Origin: Candidatus Krumholzibacteriia bacterium
GTDB taxonomy: Bacteria; Krumholzibacteriota; Krumholzibacteriia; JAJRXK01
Length of the DNA stretch: 64,000 nt
NCBI GenBank assembly: GCA_041484665.1
Contig: JBGPIA010000004.1
Coordinates: 160,001-224,000, forward strand
Reading direction: 5' to 3'
The position numbers and the translations under genes were made by a program. The notes under the pieces are model-generated. The model did no database searches. It saw only the letters and a program-made list of their open reading frames with translations, and was not told the DNA's origin. This document shows positions 60,310 through 64,000 of the stretch, piece by piece; position 1 is the first letter of the stretch, and each line of letters begins with the position of its first letter.

Positions 60310-60942
60310 CTACTTCGGTGAACCGTTGTCGGCGCCGCCGCCCGCAGGCGCGCCGCCGTTGCCGGGCGTGGGCGCGCCAGGGCCGAGCTTCATGGCATCG
60401 ATGATGGCTTGCGCCTCCTCAGCCAGGTCGGTCATGCCCATGGCGCGGGCGTGGCGCTCCTGCATCTCGATGTAGCCGAGCTCGGTGTCGAGCTTGAGCC
60501 GCTCGATCTGGCGCTCCAGCTCGAGCGCCTGATGGGCGTCCACGGCTTGCTGGAAGGCGAGCGTGAGCTGCGCGAGGCGCTGCTTGTATCCGGCCTTGGC
60601 CTGCTCCATCTCCTGGGCCAGCGCGGCGCCGAGGTTCGCGACGTTCGGGGCCTGCGCAGGAGCGATCAGCTCTGCAGGCGTCGCGTGGAGATCGACCTGC
60701 CCGCCGCGGATCCCTGCAATCTCGGCTTGGTTCACGTCCAGGTCCGCCCTCGCGAGGGTTGCGCCATCGGGGGCCGTCACTTGGATGACGGCAGCCTTCG
60801 CGGCGGTCGGCCGCTGCACGGCGGTGGCCGCGTCGACGGCAGTGGCCGCGGCGCCGGCGGCGGGCGCGGGCGCCGGCGGGGTCGTCGCCGCCATCAGTGA
60901 AAGCGATACAACTGCAACCGCGACAATTAGATAGCGACGCAT
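60310..60942 (-). CDS. Exported hypothetical protein with a coiled-coil C-terminal half
   Basis: GGAGG RBS; signal peptide MRRYLIVAVAVVSLSLMAA; ends 22 bp before the large protein start. Confidence 0.78.
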   Translation of the reverse strand: MRRYLIVAVAVVSLSLMAATTPPAPAPAAGAAATAVDAATAVQRPTAAKAAVIQVTAPDGATLARADLDVNQAEIAGIRGGQVDLHATPAELIAPAQAPNVANLGAALAQEMEQAKAGYKQRLAQLTLAFQQAVDAHQALELERQIERLKLDTELGYIEMQERHARAMGMTDLAEEAQAIIDAMKLGPGAPTPGNGGAPAGGGADNGSPK

Positions 60943-61232
60943 TGGCAAGCGCCTCCGGGGTGAGCGTGGGTGTGCACAGGACCGGGGAGTTGCCCAGCAA
61001 CGGGTTGGGACGGTCCACCCCGGTCCCTCTCACCAGGATCAATGTCGGGCTGGGCGGCGATCGCACATGGGCCGTGGTGAGATGTCGGATGCGCGATCCC
61101 GTGCGCCCGGAAAGGCGATGCTGGATGGAAACCGGCTCGACCGGCGACGCCGCGGGGGGCTCGCGGCGCCCTCATCGGCGGGCAGCGGCCGCTCTGCCCG
61201 TTGGAGGTCGGAAGGTCTTGGTGCCGCCGGTC

Positions 61233-63635
61233 CTACGGTGCGAGTCCGGCGCGGTGCAGGAGGTCGTTGAATCGCGGGTGCCCGCGCAGGCTCGCCAGGC
61301 AGGGATCGACCTTCAGGAACAGGGCGTCGCCTCCACGCGCGCTGACGGTATTCTCGAGCAGCGAGAGCGCCTTCTCCGTCTCCCCCAGTCGCGCGTAGAG
61401 TTGCGCCAAACGCGAGGCGTACGCGGGCCCCGTCCCCCCCATGGCGAGCGCGCGGTCGACGCACGCCCGCAGGTAACCGCGCGGGCCAGCGGCTGCATAC
61501 GCCGCGCGTAGTGTCGCCACGGCTGCCGTGCCCCCTTCCTCTGCGGGGAGGTACGTCTCCAACACGTCCAACGCCGTGGCGAAGTCGCCCTTGAGCTCGC
61601 TGAACGTGACGATCTGGGAGTGAGGGAGCGCAGACGTCGGGGCGATCTCCACGGTCTTGCGTGCCTGCGCGATCGCGTCGTCGAGGCGACCGGCGTAGGC
61701 GAGCTCGGTGGCCAGATCCCAGTTGATGAGGACCGAGAATGGATCGAGCTCGCGGGCGCGCAGGTCGTGCTGGATCGCCTCGTCGGCATGCCCCTCCGCT
61801 CCAAGGATGATCGCGGACAGCAGGTGCGCCTGTGCGAGCCCCGGGTTGAGCTCGAGGGCGCGCACGAGCTCGCGCTTCGCTCCCGCCCAGTCCCAATTGC
61901 CGAAGAAGAGTGCGGCCCCCATCGAGGTGTGGGCTTCGGCAGACGCCTCGTCGCGCGCGAGCGCCTTGCGCGCGTTCTCCTCCACCTTGGGCATCGCCAC
62001 CTCCAGCGGCTCCGTCGAGAAGATCTGCGCGAGCAGCAGGTGCGCGTTGGCGATCCCCGTGTAGTAGCGCGGGTCGTCCGGGTCGAGCGCAATCGCTCGC
62101 TCGAAGAGCCCGATGCTCTTGCGCACGGCCTCGTCCGACGCCATGTCCCAGAAGTGCACCCCCTCCAGGTAGAGATCGTTCGCCCCGGGGTTGACCGCGC
62201 GGCCGCCCCCCTCCATCCGTGCGTGCTCCTGCGGTGTGAGCTGGACTTGGATCATCTTCGCGATGTCGATCGCCACTTCGCGCTGGAGGGTGATGACGTC
62301 TCTCAACTCCCTCTCGTAGCTCTTCGCCCAAAGGTGCCGATCGCTCGCCGCGTCGATCAGCTGCGCGGTGATCCGCACCCGGCCCTCCGAGCGGAGGACC
62401 GAGCCCTCGATGACCGCGTCGACGCCCAGCTCGCGCGCGATCTCGGGAAGCGGCTTCTGCGTCCCCTTGAAGCGCATGACCGACGTGCGCGAGATTACCT
62501 TCAGCGCGCCGATCGGCGCGAGGTTCGTGATCAGCTCCTCGGTCATGCCGTCGGCGAAGTACTCGTACTTCGCGTCGCCCCCGAGGTTGGCCAGCGGGAG
62601 GACCGCGATGGAGCGGAAGCGCGGCGAAGACGCGCGCGGTGGGGCGGGGAACGCCCGCCCCTCGTTCGCAGGCCCGCGATGGCGGAAGAAGTCGGTCCTG
62701 CGGCCTGCAACGACCGCGACGGTCGCGCCGGCCACAACGAGGCCGAGGGCGAGCCACCTGCGCGATCGCCGCCGGAGCGGACCGGAGTGCGGCCGGACGA
62801 CCGACGCGTCGTGCTGTAGTGTCTCCAGCGACGCGCGCACCTCGCTCGCGGTGCGGTAGCGCTGCCCCGGCTCCTTGGCGAGGCAGCGGAGGATCGTTGC
62901 ACGCAGGCCCGGCGGCACGCGCGGCGAGAGCGGCGGCGCCGGATCGTTGATGATTGCGGTGGCGACCTCGACCACGGAACGCCCCCCGAATGGTAGCTTG
63001 CCCGCTACCATCTCGTAGAGGACGACGCCCAACGCCCAGATGTCGCTTCGTGCGTCCGAGGCCGCACCGCTGAGGACCTCCGGCGCGAGGTATGCCGGGG
63101 TCCCGACGACGAGACCGCTCTGGGTGAGCTGGAGGGCATCATCGCCGGGGTGATCACCGTCTCCCGACGCCCGCTTCGCCAACCCGAAGTCGAGGACCTT
63201 CGCGCGGCCCTCCGGTGTGATCACGACGTTTGCCGACTTGAGATCGCGGTGGACCACACCCCGTTCGTGCGCGTGGGCGAGCGCGTCAGCGATCTGGGCG
63301 CCGTAGCGGGTCGCTGAGTCGATGGGCAGCGGCGCCAAGGCGACCAGCTCCCGGAGCGTCCTCCCCTCGACCATTTCCATCGCGATCGCGACGCTCCCGC
63401 CCTCCTCGAGCACTTCGTAGATCGTGCAGACGTGCGGGTGGTTGAGCGAGGAAGCGGTGCGCGCCTCGCGCAGGAGCCGCGCCCGGGCCGTCTCGTCCGC
63501 CAGTGCCCCGGCCGGTAGCACCTTGAGCGCGATGTCGCGGCCCAGCCGCTCGTCGTGGGCGCGGTACACGACGCCCATGCCTCCCGCGCCCAGCTGGCCC
63601 TTGATCCGGTAGCGGCCGATCGTGGTGCCGATCAT
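61233..63635 (-). CDS. Hanks-type Ser/Thr protein kinase with TolB-like alpha/beta domain and TPR repeats
   Basis: LGAGGMGVVY, ALKVL, HRDLKSAN, DFGLAK, GTPAYLAPE, SIAVLPLANL, YFADGMTEELI, TPRs. Confidence 0.95.
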   Translation of the reverse strand: MIGTTIGRYRIKGQLGAGGMGVVYRAHDERLGRDIALKVLPAGALADETARARLLREARTASSLNHPHVCTIYEVLEEGGSVAIAMEMVEGRTLRELVALAPLPIDSATRYGAQIADALAHAHERGVVHRDLKSANVVITPEGRAKVLDFGLAKRASGDGDHPGDDALQLTQSGLVVGTPAYLAPEVLSGAASDARSDIWALGVVLYEMVAGKLPFGGRSVVEVATAIINDPAPPLSPRVPPGLRATILRCLAKEPGQRYRTASEVRASLETLQHDASVVRPHSGPLRRRSRRWLALGLVVAGATVAVVAGRRTDFFRHRGPANEGRAFPAPPRASSPRFRSIAVLPLANLGGDAKYEYFADGMTEELITNLAPIGALKVISRTSVMRFKGTQKPLPEIARELGVDAVIEGSVLRSEGRVRITAQLIDAASDRHLWAKSYERELRDVITLQREVAIDIAKMIQVQLTPQEHARMEGGGRAVNPGANDLYLEGVHFWDMASDEAVRKSIGLFERAIALDPDDPRYYTGIANAHLLLAQIFSTEPLEVAMPKVEENARKALARDEASAEAHTSMGAALFFGNWDWAGAKRELVRALELNPGLAQAHLLSAIILGAEGHADEAIQHDLRARELDPFSVLINWDLATELAYAGRLDDAIAQARKTVEIAPTSALPHSQIVTFSELKGDFATALDVLETYLPAEEGGTAAVATLRAAYAAAGPRGYLRACVDRALAMGGTGPAYASRLAQLYARLGETEKALSLLENTVSARGGDALFLKVDPCLASLRGHPRFNDLLHRAGLAP

Positions 63636-63869
63636 GAGAGAGGGACTCTCCCCGTCGAACGTAGCGTGAGGGAGTGCAGGAGGGGGAGAGTCTAGCGCAC
63701 GCGCCGGCGGCCGGCCACCGCGAGGGCCAGCGCGCGACCTCGTGAGCGAGGCCTGTGCCCATCAACCCCACGGGAGCGCTGGACCCGACGGTGCGCGCGG
63801 GATCGGATCCTGGGCAAACGCGGGCGGTGCCCCACGGGGCCGCCGATCGCGGTGGTGGGGCGCCCTGGG

Positions 63870-63998
63870 TTAGATGTACCGCCCGATATCGATGTTGCGG
63901 ATGACGGGGTCGATGCACTCGACGATCTCGTCGGTGTGCTGGCCCGTCTCTGGATCCAGCGCCGCCAGGTCGAGGAGGGTGGTCTGCCGCGGCCGGCG
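63870..63998 (-). CDS. 3' end of an unidentified CDS entering from beyond the window
   Basis: ...RRPRQTTLLDLAALDPETGQHTDEIVECIDPVIRNIDIGRYI* with GC3-rich codons. Confidence 0.55.
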   Translation of the reverse strand, partial: RRPRQTTLLDLAALDPETGQHTDEIVECIDPVIRNIDIGRYI

Positions 63999-64000
63999 TC

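Overview
A very GC-rich (about 70% by eye) bacterial chromosomal segment from a diderm organism (TonB-dependent receptor, TolC, secretin). Secreted proteins ending in an FlgD-Ig/T9SS-type-A-like domain or a 'SWGELKARY' tail suggest an Eisenbacteria/Krumholzibacteriota/Latescibacterota-like lineage; this is inference. From left to right: an esterase, a peptidase-S51-like gene and ATP-grasp gene 1; vapBC; glgA; a TBDR-YfiR-hybrid histidine kinase module; two more paralogous ATP-grasp genes; an M61 peptidase; an msrB-msrA fusion; an ACT-like protein; an RND efflux trio; a divergent transketolase-like enzyme; a DUF853 ATPase; glgB; a membrane pyrophosphatase; a HEAT-like protein; a C26 glutamine amidotransferase; a TPR-zincin; metG; a 2.3 kb patch of decayed gene fragments; adenosine deaminase; a 10-gene type IV pilus/T2SS-like operon with a PilM-PilN fusion; a candidate structured ncRNA with a near-consensus sigma70 promoter; secreted proteins including a 1530 aa metalloprotease-like protein; and a Ser/Thr kinase-TPR protein. 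The best leads are (1) the three ATP-grasp ligases with esterase and cyanophycinase-like hydrolase interleaved with glycogen synthase, (2) the promoter-anchored orphan RNA at 53702-53795, and (3) the C-terminal W-G-x-x-K-x-x-Y tail and FlgD-tailed protein next to the secretion/pilus operon. No rRNA, tRNA, CRISPR array, integrase or transposase was seen. All calls come from motif recognition by eye; no searches were run.
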